Source: Phycisphaerae bacterium (GTDB lineage Bacteria; Planctomycetota; Phycisphaerae; SM23-33). Taken from it: DNA of 64,000 nucleotides. The stretch lies in contig JASLNT010000083.1 of the NCBI GenBank assembly GCA_030745875.1, positions 3,501 to 67,500 on the forward strand, given 5' to 3'. Below the pieces are notes generated by a model that ran no database searches, had not been told where the DNA came from, and worked only from the letters and a program-made list of their open reading frames with translations. The translations under genes and the position numbers were made by a program. Positions within the stretch are counted from its first letter, which is position 1. Every line of letters starts with the position of its first letter. Of this stretch, positions 50,105-59,177 are shown in pieces.

Positions 50105-51583
50105 CTACTCTTCGTAGAACCTGTAGTTCTTGTGGTTGTGCAGATGCTTCTTCACCGCGTCGGGCTCCCTGTATGCGTCCAGCCAGCGCTTGCCCTTTTT
50201 GGTCTTGAAGTGCGGATGGTTCTCGAGCAGGGCGGGGTACTTGCTGAGTATTGCGGCAAACTCTTTGCGGGCTTTGGCGTGTTCGGGTGAATTGCTCACC
50301 AGCTTGTAACCCTTGCCGAAGCGATTGTCGCCGCAGAAATAGAATCTCCCCTGAGGCATCGACAGGATGGGATTGACAACTTCCAGCATGTATTGTTTGG
50401 TTCGTACGAGTTGGGTCGCGGCAATGCAGCTGTATATCCAATCACGATGGGTCTCGCTCACGCCGGTGAGGAACGGTTTGAGACTCTTACCGTCGATGTG
50501 GTATTTCTCCGGAAGGGTCGCCCCCGCGTAATCGCAAAATGTCGGGAGGAGATCGGAAAAGTCCATCAATTCATCGGTGGCTCCACGTTTCTTGACGCCC
50601 GGTCCGCACACTACAAACGGTACGTGGCAGCCTCGTTCCACGCCACGCGATTTGGCGGTGACGGCCGTACCGTTGTCGCCGCAGAATATGATGAGCGTTC
50701 GATCGGCCAGACCCAGATCGGTCACCTTCTTGATAATTCGCCCGACCAGAAGATCGATGTACTCGTTAAGTGCTACGAAACGTGCGTCGGCTTCTTCGGC
50801 TGTGGCGGGCTTGCCCATCTCACCGACTCTTCCTCGCAACGGCGTGGTCGTGACGCCGTCGCGCGTTCCATGAGGAGCCACCATCGGGTAGTACGCCAGA
50901 AACGGTTTGTCTTTGCTGCGTTCGATGAAGTCGCAAATGAAGTTGGTGAAGATGTCAGGCCCGAAATCATTAGCTCCGGTCTTCACGAGTTTGTGATTCT
51001 GAACGATCGAAGGCTGCCAGAAGCGAGGATGATCTCCATCACCATTGTACATTGCCTTGTATTTGGACTTGCCGGGCAGTTTGTCAATTTCCCTGGATCC
51101 CTCCCAGAGACAGTACTCGTCGAATCCTCCGTGTTTGGAATACGGCATGTTCGCCCCGCAATGCCATTTGCCCGCGATGGCGGTTGCGTATCCGGCGTCC
51201 TTGAGTAGTCTTCCGAAGCTCAGATTCTGTTCGAGCAGTCGGCGACTCTTGCCGAGCCATAATCCGTTGTGATAAACTCCCGATGTGTTGCCGTACCGTC
51301 CGGTCATCACTAATGCTCGAGACGGCGCGCAAATCGCCGACGCCCATGCCGTGCGGAACATAACCCCGTCGGTCGCTATGCGATTGATGTTTGGGGTGCG
51401 TGTCTTCCGCAGTCCGTAACAGCTGAACATCTCAGGACTGACGTCGTCGGCCATGATGAATACGATATTCATCTTTCTGTTGGTCGGAGATACTGTCTTT
51501 CGCGGCTTGCCGAGCAGAGCCTTTGGAAGCAATGCGGCGGTTCCGGCGAACCCGATTGTCCTGAGGAAGTTACGTCTATTCAT
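50105..51583 (-). CDS. Tat-exported sulfatase-family hydrolase
   Basis: NRRNFL, NIVFIMADD, CAPSRA, AGKWH and DNG motifs. Confidence 0.88.
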   Translation of the reverse strand: MNRRNFLRTIGFAGTAALLPKALLGKPRKTVSPTNRKMNIVFIMADDVSPEMFSCYGLRKTRTPNINRIATDGVMFRTAWASAICAPSRALVMTGRYGNTSGVYHNGLWLGKSRRLLEQNLSFGRLLKDAGYATAIAGKWHCGANMPYSKHGGFDEYCLWEGSREIDKLPGKSKYKAMYNGDGDHPRFWQPSIVQNHKLVKTGANDFGPDIFTNFICDFIERSKDKPFLAYYPMVAPHGTRDGVTTTPLRGRVGEMGKPATAEEADARFVALNEYIDLLVGRIIKKVTDLGLADRTLIIFCGDNGTAVTAKSRGVERGCHVPFVVCGPGVKKRGATDELMDFSDLLPTFCDYAGATLPEKYHIDGKSLKPFLTGVSETHRDWIYSCIAATQLVRTKQYMLEVVNPILSMPQGRFYFCGDNRFGKGYKLVSNSPEHAKARKEFAAILSKYPALLENHPHFKTKKGKRWLDAYREPDAVKKHLHNHKNYRFYEE

Positions 51584-51700
51584 GCCTGATGACCTCGCGG
51601 TGGTTGTCAGACTATATAATACTCGCTTGAGTGCGAAGATGAAACGATCAAGACATCCGACTGGATGTTCTATCCCCCGATGTTAAGGCTGAGCGTGGGG

Positions 51701-52117
51701 CTAGAGCCCGTTGTGTCCGGCGGTATTGGGAGTAATCACCCCTGTTGCTGCGTTGTAAGCCCATCCTTCTCCGGCAGCTCCGGTCGTTTTGACGGCTTCG
51801 GTGAGATCATCAACAAATGGATTTGCCGGAAATATGTGTAAATACGGGCCAAATGAGCCCGAGGGGTTGAGCGTACCGTCAGCATCCGTTCTCTGGGTTA
51901 ACTGCTTATTGGGGTTTGTGGGATACGTTTCATTGTGATGCATCTTGTATAATTCCAATTGTGCGCGGATCGACTGCAGATTCGACAGTAGATTGGACAT
52001 CTTCGATTCTTCTGCGGCGTTGGTGAACTGGGGTATCACAATAGCAGCCAAGAGGCCAAGAATGACCACTACGATAAGGATTTCAACCAGTGTAAACGCT
52101 GTCTTACTGCAACTCAT
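51701..52117 (-). CDS. Prepilin-type (GspG-like) pseudopilin
   Basis: AFTLVEILIVVVILGLLAAIVIP N-methylation motif; QLELYK..H..YP and GPYL...P.NPF. Confidence 0.88.
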   Translation of the reverse strand: MSCSKTAFTLVEILIVVVILGLLAAIVIPQFTNAAEESKMSNLLSNLQSIRAQLELYKMHHNETYPTNPNKQLTQRTDADGTLNPSGSFGPYLHIFPANPFVDDLTEAVKTTGAAGEGWAYNAATGVITPNTAGHNGL

Positions 52118-52310
52118 TAGGCGTCCTCCGCTTGCTTCGACACGGCCTGTAATGCTTGTTCACTCCTGCTTTCATGCCCTGCGTCGACCCTGATATAGGC
52201 TTTATCGGCAAAAAAACGGGCCGGTGGAATTAGACAGTAAGATTTTTCCGAGTTTTTCAGTCGTTGATATTCTCAGATTTGGACAAGCGATGGCGCGAAC
52301 GAATGCAGAA

Positions 52311-52334
52311 CCGGGCGCGAAAAGTCGCGCCCGG
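52311..52334 (-). terminator. Putative terminator hairpin downstream of the Gfo/Idh/MocA pair
   Basis: Perfect 10-bp stem ccgggcgcga-aaag-tcgcgcccgg; weak U-tract. Confidence 0.45.
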
Positions 52335-52381
52335 CCGGGATTGCAGACTAACTTGGTTGAAAATGACGTGGATCTGGAGAT

Positions 52382-53689
52382 CTAGAGCGTCCAGGGCGAT
52401 CGCATCGATCGTGACCTCAGGCGGTTAGCCTGGGAGTCGTCGATGAATTCCTCTTTGTCCGGATTCCAGCGAACTTTGCGCCCCAGGTCCATTGCGATAT
52501 TGCCTAAGTGGGCTAGGCAGCAGCATCTATGACCGATTTCGGCCGGGAAGTACGGATCTTTGCGAGTACGGACACAGTCAAGGAAGTTTCGCTGCTCTCC
52601 GTTGCCTTTGAACAGGTGGATCTCATCCGGTCCTATTATGCTGTTTGCGATCTTTGGCGAACTGGCTTTGAGTGGTCCGCGCCATCCGCGGTTTTCGACC
52701 CACCCTTCAGTTCCCTCAAATCTCAGATTCACGCCTCCGGAATCGACTATCATTCGCACTCCGTTAGCGTAGAGGTATTCGATGTGGTAGGTGTGGGCGG
52801 TGTCGTACAGCCCGTCTTTGTGGGCCAATCCGTGACCTTCGATTTCGATCGGACCTGTGTGTTCAGTGTCGTTGGCCCATTGTGCGGTGTCGAACAGGTG
52901 GGCTCCCCAGTCGGCGAGCTGTCCGCCGGAGTAGTCGCGAATCCAGCGGAAATGGTAGTGGCATCGGTCTTTGGTGTAGGGAGCCCACGGCGCCGGTCCC
53001 AGCCACATGTTGTAATCGAATCCTTCGGGCACAGGTTGAGGCGCGGCGTGCCCCTTGTTTCCCGGGCCTGAAGGCAGCGAGACCCGAATTGTATGCAGCT
53101 TTCCGATACGTCCGTTGCGGACGAGTTCGGCCATTCGATGGTAAACACCTATCGAGCGGTCCTCGGTGGACAGCTGGAATACCGTTCCATAGCGTTTTAC
53201 GGTATCAGCGATGGCGCGACCTTCTTCAATGGTGATCGTTGGTTTTTCGCATTCGATGTCTTTTCCGGCGCGTGCCGCCGCCACCGCCATTGGAGCGTGC
53301 CAGTGGTCCGGCGTCGAGATCATCACCGCGTCGATGTCGTCGCGTGCGATAACCTCTCTCCAGTCGCCTGTGAGGGCGCAGCCCTTGAAGCCGCTGCCAT
53401 ACACCCTTTTGACCAGGTTATCGGCATTGATCATTCGGGGTTTGTCAACGTCGCACAGGACTACGGCCTGTGAGTCGCGAAGGCGGAGGAAGCTCTGAAG
53501 GTTCATCCCCACGCCGTGGCTGCCCGTACCGATGAATCCCATCGCTATTCTCTCGCTGGCTGCGGTGGCGCCGTCTTTGCCCAGAGCTGCTGACGGTACG
53601 TAGCTGGGCAGTGTAATGGCGGCTCCAGCGGCTGCGACGCCCTTTAGAAACCCTCGGCGAGTAACGGATGCGGTATTTACCCTAGCCAT
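52382..53689 (-). CDS. Tat-exported Gfo/Idh/MocA oxidoreductase
   Basis: TRRGFLK, STPDHWH, CEKP and DWGAH motifs. Confidence 0.88.
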   Translation of the reverse strand: MARVNTASVTRRGFLKGVAAAGAAITLPSYVPSAALGKDGATAASERIAMGFIGTGSHGVGMNLQSFLRLRDSQAVVLCDVDKPRMINADNLVKRVYGSGFKGCALTGDWREVIARDDIDAVMISTPDHWHAPMAVAAARAGKDIECEKPTITIEEGRAIADTVKRYGTVFQLSTEDRSIGVYHRMAELVRNGRIGKLHTIRVSLPSGPGNKGHAAPQPVPEGFDYNMWLGPAPWAPYTKDRCHYHFRWIRDYSGGQLADWGAHLFDTAQWANDTEHTGPIEIEGHGLAHKDGLYDTAHTYHIEYLYANGVRMIVDSGGVNLRFEGTEGWVENRGWRGPLKASSPKIANSIIGPDEIHLFKGNGEQRNFLDCVRTRKDPYFPAEIGHRCCCLAHLGNIAMDLGRKVRWNPDKEEFIDDSQANRLRSRSMRSPWTL

Positions 53690-53726
53690 GATGAATCCTT
53701 TTGCTATGATTATGCTTTGTTTTTCG

Positions 53727-55061
53727 TCAGATATTCCACGGCGCCCTATGGGCGCGAGACAACATCTGGTTGGCCTCGTCGTCGTTAGTGAAACGCTCAG
53801 TCCCCGGGTCCCATTTCAACTTACGCCCGAGAATCATCGCAATATTGCTCAGCAGGCAGACTGTGGTGGAACTGTGAGCTGCATGAATGGGCGATACCGT
53901 TTCACCTCGAGACCGCACGCACTCGACAAAGTTCCTGTCGTCGTTGGACGCTTCGTAGAGATGGATTTCATTCGGGCCGATGACGGACTTCAGCAGTGAT
54001 TTGTCGCCCGCGTCGAGACCCTTGAATCTGCTTGCGAATATCCACCCGTCCGAGCCTTCAAAGCGAATGCCTTCCGCCCCCAACTTCCACTGACTGCTGT
54101 CGATGAAACGCACTTTCACGTCGTCGGCGTATCGCATCGAGACGTTCCACTTCAGCGGCGTGTCGTGCGGACCTTCAGTAGCGTAGACGCCTACGCCTTC
54201 GATCTCGAGCGGACCGGTGCGGTCGGCGTCCATCGCCCAGTGGGCTATGTCCATCGGGTGGATGCCCCAACCTGCGACGAAACCGCTGGCCGCGTAATCG
54301 GAAATGAACCAGTGCCCGTTGCCCAGACACGGGCCGGGCGTAAACGGAACTTTCGGAGCCGGTCCCAACCAGAAATCGTAATCCAGGTGATCCGGCGCCG
54401 AGGTCGGTTGGACAGGCCTAGCCGCTCGCCCGCCTGGAGCGCCGACGCTTACAGTATGGAGCCTCCCGATTCGCCCGTTTCGAACCAATTCGCAGGCGTA
54501 CCGCAAATGCGCCATCGCACGCTGTTCCGTACCGTGCTGGAAGACCGCCGAATATCGCTGGACGATGTCTTTGAGGGCTCGGCTTTCGCCTATGCTGATG
54601 GCCAGGGGCTTCTCGACATAGATGTCCTTGCCGGATCTGACCGCCGCCATGGCGATCGGAACGTGCCAGTGGTCCGGTGTGGCGACCATTACCGCGTCAA
54701 TATCGTTGCGCAAGATTACTTTGCGGAAGTCATTGTAGGCGTCGCAGCCCTTGTAGTCGCTTTTTGGGCGAGTCTTGGCGTAGTAACTGTTTACTGTGCT
54801 TTGGGCTCGCTTGCGTCTCTGGGCGTTTACGTCGCAAACCGCGACGACCTGTCCGGCGTTCGTTCGCAGCAGGCCGTTGGTGTCGAGCATTCCCCGCCCG
54901 CCGACTCCGATACACCCGAGGGTGACTCGCTCCGACGGCGCCACAGTCCCGTTCTTGCCCAGGGCCTGCGACGGTATGTAGGCCGGTAAGGAGATAACCG
55001 CCCCCGTCGCTGCGAGGTTTTTGAGGAACGTTCGACGACAGGTTGTGTGTTTTCTTAACAT
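53727..55061 (-). CDS. Tat-exported Gfo/Idh/MocA oxidoreductase
   Basis: RRTFLK, ATPDHWH, VEKPL and GWGIH motifs. Confidence 0.88.
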   Translation of the reverse strand: MLRKHTTCRRTFLKNLAATGAVISLPAYIPSQALGKNGTVAPSERVTLGCIGVGGRGMLDTNGLLRTNAGQVVAVCDVNAQRRKRAQSTVNSYYAKTRPKSDYKGCDAYNDFRKVILRNDIDAVMVATPDHWHVPIAMAAVRSGKDIYVEKPLAISIGESRALKDIVQRYSAVFQHGTEQRAMAHLRYACELVRNGRIGRLHTVSVGAPGGRAARPVQPTSAPDHLDYDFWLGPAPKVPFTPGPCLGNGHWFISDYAASGFVAGWGIHPMDIAHWAMDADRTGPLEIEGVGVYATEGPHDTPLKWNVSMRYADDVKVRFIDSSQWKLGAEGIRFEGSDGWIFASRFKGLDAGDKSLLKSVIGPNEIHLYEASNDDRNFVECVRSRGETVSPIHAAHSSTTVCLLSNIAMILGRKLKWDPGTERFTNDDEANQMLSRAHRAPWNI

Positions 55062-55089
55062 GTTCTCGCCAGTTCTATCGGCAATTCGC

Positions 55090-56508
55090 TTAGAAAGACA
55101 ACAGGCACTGCCATATATACATGTTGCCCAGAGCGTCTACGTTCTCCCAGATCGTCCTGACCAGCGCCTCATCCCCTGATATCTCGGGCAGTTCGGTCTT
55201 CTTCTGGTCCCATGGAACGCAAACGCCCGGTGCGACGGACGATCTCGCCCAGTCGGGGTTGTCTATTCCGCTGGCCTGCGCCTGTCCGGCGCTTGGCGGT
55301 GACGAACTGGATGAGTAACCGCCGTATTCGCGGGCCGCATCAGTCATGGCCTTCATGTTTTCTACGGTGGCGGCGTTCTGGACGATTGCGCTTGCGTCGA
55401 GTATGTATCCGCCGTCTTGTGCCACGCCTTCGATTACCTTCTTGACCACTTCGCGCACCTGATCGGCCGTTCCGTGGGCCAGCAACGACGTGGGGATTCC
55501 GCCTGAGAGGCAGAATTTGTGTCCGATCTTGTCATGCACTTCGAATATGTCCGCATTGTCCACGTGATACACGATCGACGTGTCGGGCAGTTCGGCGAAG
55601 CTGTCGAGATGGTGGTTCCAGTTGCCTTCGGCGTAGAAGAGCGTCTGGCGCCCGGCGCTCCATAGTTCCTGTATGATCGGTTTAAGCGTCGGCCAGTGAA
55701 ATTCGGCGAACTGGTCGGGCGAAATGAATGGTACGCAACTGCGGTGCATCCAGTGACCGATCGGAACTGTTCCGGTTGGGTCGCTGCTGCCCATCGCCAC
55801 CGCCAGCAAGTGCGGGGCAAGGGCCTCGCAAGCGGCGAGCACTTTCTTCGGGCGTTCGACCAGATCGGTTATCAGCCCAAGATATCCGCGAAGCTTGTCG
55901 GCGAGTATGTCCAGCGGGGCCTTCAGAATCCCCGCTATCGCCGACACCGTCCCGGACTCTTCGCGCAACTGTTGAGCCTGTCCCCCGAATGCGGTGAAGT
56001 ACTGCATCATCGCCATGCCGCCCTTTACGAATGACAAGTTGTTGCGATAGGTCGACGGTTGCCCAGGGGCGACTACATCGTTGCAGACTCGCGGCAGCCA
56101 TACGTTGTAGAGGAAGCCCGTGGGATCGTCTATGAGGGCGTCGTATTCGTCGGCGGCCATGAAGGCCTGACCTTCGGGCGGTTCGAGATATTGAAAGCCC
56201 GTGTTCTTGTCTATGTCGATACCGGGCGCAGCGTAGTAGTTCAGCCCGACCGCCTGGGTAAGGCCCGTCCAGACGTAGACCATATTGCCCACGACTGCGT
56301 CCCAGTCGAAATCGGCGGCGCATATGCGTGCGGCTTCGAACGCCTTGTTGTAATCGTGGGTGACTTCCTGGCAGGTGAATCCGGCGTATTTCGCGGTGAA
56401 CTCAGCGACGAACGGTCGGATAGGGACCATGTCGGGCTTCCCGTTTCTCATCGCCGTCGTGTAGCGATTCAGGCGTTCATTGTAGAGTTGCTGCATGTCC
56501 TGGGCCAT
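55090..56508 (-). CDS. Uroporphyrinogen decarboxylase-like / corrinoid methyltransferase (MtaA/CmuA superfamily) protein
   Basis: KPDMVP, FISPDQFAEFHWPTLK, EGNW, CLSGGIP..LL.GT..V, GGYIL and ENMKAM (URO-D TIM-barrel C-terminus). Confidence 0.75.
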   Translation of the reverse strand: MAQDMQQLYNERLNRYTTAMRNGKPDMVPIRPFVAEFTAKYAGFTCQEVTHDYNKAFEAARICAADFDWDAVVGNMVYVWTGLTQAVGLNYYAAPGIDIDKNTGFQYLEPPEGQAFMAADEYDALIDDPTGFLYNVWLPRVCNDVVAPGQPSTYRNNLSFVKGGMAMMQYFTAFGGQAQQLREESGTVSAIAGILKAPLDILADKLRGYLGLITDLVERPKKVLAACEALAPHLLAVAMGSSDPTGTVPIGHWMHRSCVPFISPDQFAEFHWPTLKPIIQELWSAGRQTLFYAEGNWNHHLDSFAELPDTSIVYHVDNADIFEVHDKIGHKFCLSGGIPTSLLAHGTADQVREVVKKVIEGVAQDGGYILDASAIVQNAATVENMKAMTDAAREYGGYSSSSSPPSAGQAQASGIDNPDWARSSVAPGVCVPWDQKKTELPEISGDEALVRTIWENVDALGNMYIWQCLLSF

Positions 56509-56538
56509 ATTCGACTCCTTAATCCTGCCGATTGTTTG

Positions 56539-58308
56539 CTACTGATTTTCGGGTATGACGGCGCATTTGGCAAGAAATCTGTTCAACGCCGACACCGTGA
56601 ATATCCTCGGATACAACTCCTCGTAGTACCACAGCTTGGCGAAATACAGACCAATTGGCGCCGGCGGGAGCCTGGTTCCCTGCTCCGTATGTTCGACCAA
56701 CCACGCCGCGCCGTTCCTGACAGCGTCCGCCCCCGAACCGGAGCAAAGCAGAGCATCAACTGCTAGAGCGGTTTCTTCTATCGACGACTCGACCGATTTG
56801 TCACCTCCCCATCCGCCGTCATCGTTCTGTGCGGTGGTCAACCACTCGATTGCTCGGGCGATCATGTCGGAGGGTATTTCGACATCCGTCTGACTGAGCC
56901 CGGAAAGCACGCGAGCGGTTCCGTAGGTGGGGTTGGCCTGGTCGGGCGATTCCTCATTACCGAACCAGAGCGGGCGCCACGATCCGTTGTCACGCTGCTG
57001 GCCGGCGAGATACTCAACCGCTCGCGCTGATGCTCGTTTGATCTTGGCGGTCAGCTGGCGGTCGAAACTCCTCCGCCATACGCCCCATGCTCCCAGGGCG
57101 TGAGCGGTGATGTCCGGGCAACTGTGGTCGAACGGCAGTTTGCCCCATCCGCGACAGAACGTTGGTATCCCGCCGTCGCGATTCTGCAGATCGACCAGCC
57201 ACTTGGCGCCGGCCGCCGCTGCTTTGACGACTTCAGGCGCCTCGGGGGACAAGTTGTGCAGTGCTATCATGGCTCCGGCGGTGTCGTCGGCGTCGGGAAC
57301 CGCGCCGGATAGGGGGCTCCATGCCCATCCGCCGGGCGCCGCGTGCGTGTATGGGTGAACCGCCGTGTAATGCTGGTCCATAAGCCAGTCAGTGATGGTC
57401 CGGGTCTCTTCGTCGCCCAGAGGAGCTCCGATGCAGAGAGCGTTCACTGACAGCGTGGTCACCCACGTGGACAGGTTAGTGTCGATCGGCCATGAACCGT
57501 CCGGACGTACGGTTGATGTAAGGAAATCGACGCAGGATGTTGTCACGGGATGATCGTTCAGCCCAGCTGACGCCAGCGACATCGCCACGAACGAAGTAAT
57601 CGGCGCCGCTTCGAGGTACCCGCCGCCCATCGGTTGGATCGCTCGAAGCTTCTTCAGCGTGCGGTGGCGAGCGAGATGTCGAACCAGCCTTACCGCCGGG
57701 TTTCGCGACGGGCGATGGAAATGGCGCACCTGACCGATCGCTATCAGCGCCGGAAGGGCGTAGCTGACCACGGGCATTCCGAGGAAACTGAAGCTCTTAT
57801 GTGGAAGTGTCGCGAGTTCAAACGGGAGCGGTGGTACAAGGTCCCACGCTTCGGGTTCGTCGCCCAGGCGTCCGCCAATGGCGCACATAGTCAGGATTGG
57901 GGCGGCGAATGTTCGGTCGGCTCCGTAGATATCCGCCAGTGAGGCGGCGATTTGCTTCGGTTGGAGCGAGCCTATGCGGTCGGTCAGCCAGCTTTCTGCT
58001 CGCGCGATCACATCTGATGGCTCGACCTCGAGCGCCGACCAGACCAGCAGTGTCGTCGGAAGGTTGCTCTGGCTTTGTGGAGTATCGCCCCAGGCTCCGT
58101 CTTCATTCACATGGTCGACAAGCCATTTGCGTCCATTGGAGATCAACTGCCCGTGAGCATTGGGATCAACGCTTGCCAGGGCCCGCACTGCGGTGGCGGT
58201 CGATAGGGCGCTGCTTGACAGTTGTCCGGCCCATCCGCCGCTGGTCTCGCGCAATGCCATGAGTCCGTTTACGGCCGCCGCCAGTGTTGTCTTGACAGCC
58301 TCAATCAT
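56539..58308 (-). CDS. Squalene-hopene cyclase-like class II terpene cyclase
   Basis: Catalytic PDADDTA (DXDD), QW repeats (QNRDGG, QRDNGSW, QNDDGGWG), SCPDIT and YGT motifs. Confidence 0.8.
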   Translation of the reverse strand: MIEAVKTTLAAAVNGLMALRETSGGWAGQLSSSALSTATAVRALASVDPNAHGQLISNGRKWLVDHVNEDGAWGDTPQSQSNLPTTLLVWSALEVEPSDVIARAESWLTDRIGSLQPKQIAASLADIYGADRTFAAPILTMCAIGGRLGDEPEAWDLVPPLPFELATLPHKSFSFLGMPVVSYALPALIAIGQVRHFHRPSRNPAVRLVRHLARHRTLKKLRAIQPMGGGYLEAAPITSFVAMSLASAGLNDHPVTTSCVDFLTSTVRPDGSWPIDTNLSTWVTTLSVNALCIGAPLGDEETRTITDWLMDQHYTAVHPYTHAAPGGWAWSPLSGAVPDADDTAGAMIALHNLSPEAPEVVKAAAAGAKWLVDLQNRDGGIPTFCRGWGKLPFDHSCPDITAHALGAWGVWRRSFDRQLTAKIKRASARAVEYLAGQQRDNGSWRPLWFGNEESPDQANPTYGTARVLSGLSQTDVEIPSDMIARAIEWLTTAQNDDGGWGGDKSVESSIEETALAVDALLCSGSGADAVRNGAAWLVEHTEQGTRLPPAPIGLYFAKLWYYEELYPRIFTVSALNRFLAKCAVIPENQ

Positions 58309-59177
58309 TACGCCAGATTCCCCAACGCCAGCAGGCCGTAGAATGTGTATTCGCAGTCGAGTGTCTCATCCCCTTCGTGGCCCCGGAATCCGCCGCGGGA
58401 CGACCAGAGGGAGTCGCAGAAGTCCAGGCATCGCTGGCGGACATTGTCAAGATTCGCCCCGCAATGTTCCAATGCGTGCAGACTGACGGCCGTAGAAAGC
58501 AGATCCGCCATGGGCGCGCCGCCCCACGCTCCCATTCCTCCATCAGGTCCGATCTGTTCGGCAAGCCATGTGCAGGCGGCTTGGTTCGTTGGTTGCCCAA
58601 GATGTCGCAAGGTTGTCATCGCCGCCGCTGTAGCCGGGGCCGATGCGCCCGGAATCTCCGTGGAATTTCCAAATCCGCCTTCTGGCCTTTGGAGGTTCGC
58701 CAAAGCGTTCGCCATTGCATCAGGATCGCTCAATGCTGTTCCGATGTCCTGATATGCTCCCAACGCCAAGAAGCACCCGTACGCTGTGCCCGTAACTTGG
58801 GCGGGGCTTTCAGCATAGGCTCCGTCATCGCTGCGGTACGCTTCGATACGGCTGACTATGGCCTGGGCGTCTCCGGTTAGCCCCAGCGCCGCGCCGCATC
58901 GCACCAAGCACGCCATGTGCACCAAGTCCAGATCCGAGCCACCGCCGAACGACGCCATCCACGGTTCTACAGCGTCTTTCGGCAGGCGGGCGTCAAGTGC
59001 GATCAGAGACTCCAGGGCGAAGAGCGTGTAATAGAGGTCCGGTTGGTCCGCTCGTCCGCGGAATCCTCCCGCCGGAGTGAGTTGGCCGGTGACAAAGCTG
59101 ACGACCAGCGAGGTCGATTCACCCAGCAGATTCGCCGAGCGTTTTGCGGCTGTCAGCATTTCTTGACGGATCGTCAT
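58308..59177 (-). CDS. Prenyltransferase/squalene-oxidase repeat protein (single alpha/alpha barrel, GGTase-beta-like)
   Basis: Repeats GGFRGR..DLYYT, DGAY, QRPEGGFG and GGFRG..DCEYTFY; coupled to both neighbours. Confidence 0.78.
   Translation of the reverse strand: MTIRQEMLTAAKRSANLLGESTSLVVSFVTGQLTPAGGFRGRADQPDLYYTLFALESLIALDARLPKDAVEPWMASFGGGSDLDLVHMACLVRCGAALGLTGDAQAIVSRIEAYRSDDGAYAESPAQVTGTAYGCFLALGAYQDIGTALSDPDAMANALANLQRPEGGFGNSTEIPGASAPATAAAMTTLRHLGQPTNQAACTWLAEQIGPDGGMGAWGGAPMADLLSTAVSLHALEHCGANLDNVRQRCLDFCDSLWSSRGGFRGHEGDETLDCEYTFYGLLALGNLA

Noticed and set aside
52291-52307. Sigma54-like TGGCGC...TGC motif
   Set aside because: The GG-GC spacing is off by one and it lies on the wrong strand for the adjacent genes.
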